From positions 761,695-825,694 of the forward strand of contig RDEW01000026.1 of assembly GCA_011109175.1 (NCBI GenBank): a DNA stretch of 64,000 nt, read 5' to 3'. The translations under genes were made by a program, and so were the position numbers. How positions within the stretch are numbered: position 1 is the stretch's first letter; each line of letters opens with the position of its first letter. This DNA is from Dicyema japonicum (Eukaryota; Animalia; Dicyemida). This document shows positions 62,831-64,000 of the stretch, piece after piece. The notes beneath the pieces were generated by a model. That model did not search any database. It was not told the DNA's origin and was given only the letters and a program-made list of their open reading frames with translations.

Positions 62831-63109
62831 TCTTTGATTAAAATTCCATTTTCATCAAAATTATAGTTATTTTTAATTCAATAAAAATTTACAACTGTGT
62901 TTAACAAATTCAAGACAGCTCACCATTCTGACCAGAATTATTTTGGGTAGATAGCCATAAATTTTCTACATTTTGCATAGGAAGTAAAACGATATCCAAT
63001 ATTCTCAAACAAACATTAGTTAGTAAGTTAAAAGCTCCTTCGCGTAGCCCTAAATGGGTTTCGCTTGAGTCACGCTTTACAGCCATCCTCCTCGCCCACG
63101 CCATCTTGT

Positions 63110-64000
63110 TTCTGAGCTTCAGAAAGATTCTTCCATTATTCTTTTACACGGCGTAGTCGGGTCCAGTCTAAGAATATGTCCAAATAGTTGACATCTAGAT
63201 AGAATAACGTCATGATAACTTGGTTTAAATTTACATAGAGAACATATAGTTTCTCGTTTGAGATTTTTCTGCCAGAAGATTCTAGTCAGTATGCGCAGTT
63301 GGCTTCTGTGGAAAGTGTCAAGCCTCTCTAAATCGTTTTTCGAGGTTCCCCATGTTCCTGAATTGTATATCAGTATTGGATTAATAAACGTGTCGTATAA
63401 TCTGACACGAAATTTTAGTGAAACACCTTTTTTATAATCCAGATGATGTACATTTTTTGAAGTATATGGTGCCAGCATTTTCCTTCGACAAATATCCTCG
63501 GCGTCACCTAGTAGTGAGCCGAGTTTTTTTGCATGCCTCCAGAGTTCGTCATTTTTTGACTTGGCTAGTTCGATTCCTGTGTAGTCCGTTTTTGTAATAT
63601 TTATGTGCAGATCCCATTTATTTAAAATAATTTCGACTTGACTAAAAATTGGTCAAATGGACTTTTCTGGTCACACAAAAAGTCTACATCATCCGAGTAT
63701 AACAATTCAATTATATCTTTGTATTTAGAACCCTTCTCAGCTCCTGAGGGTAGCTTCGAAGGTATATGATGAATAGAATTGGGGATAAGGAAGTACCTTG
63801 TGTTCCCATGTTGGTGCTGAAATCTGAATGCTTAGTTCCTATTCTACGGATAGATCAATTTCAGAAAGTAATATACTTATTAGTCTCAGGCAGTTTTCGT
63901 CAGGCAGTTCCTGTAGAATACCCATGAGTTTTTCTCTGTTGAAGTCTTCGTTAGATCAATTCCTTGGATGTAAATGACTTCCTGTAGTTTTGACATTTGA
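63110..64000 (-). mobile_element. RTE-like LINE, degenerate, runs off the window end
   Basis: YSDDVDF, KKLGSLLGDAEDI, YDTFINPILIYNSGTWG and LFGHILR. Confidence 0.85.

Noticed and set aside
1-64000. CRISPR arrays, prokaryotic operons or defence systems
   Set aside because: No regularly spaced repeat-spacer array, and the genes are spliced and animal-like.

Overview
This is eukaryotic, AT-rich nuclear DNA from an animal with extremely miniaturised genes. Small islands of housekeeping and developmental genes carry many GT-AG introns of only about 21-26 nt, so the ORF track breaks every gene into pieces. After manual splicing I recognise CAPZA, Vang/Strabismus, TBC1D20, NAXD, MetRS, DcpS, GNL2/NOG2, a 102-aa SRF-type MADS gene missing from the ORF track, mei-P26/NHL-2, VPS26 and CAAP1. 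There is also an intronless HtrL/YibB-like gene and a membrane-protein gene with its pseudogenised paralogue. Between the islands lie mostly decayed retroelements: APE-RT LINEs, CRE-like RLE elements, Penelope remnants, a tRNA-derived SINE family, a pogo element and a hAT MITE. One RTE-like element is intact, with a 988-aa ORF and a target-site duplication (TSD). A degenerate ~1.4-kb 28S rRNA fragment is also present. The intron size and gene set suggest a highly reduced parasitic animal such as a dicyemid mesozoan (inference only). Several conserved genes have indels in homopolymer runs, probably assembly errors. The most speculative lead is a ~280-bp dispersed repeat whose 62-nt core can fold with HDV-ribozyme-like double-pseudoknot topology on one strand. 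All family calls come from remembered motifs; no searches were run.
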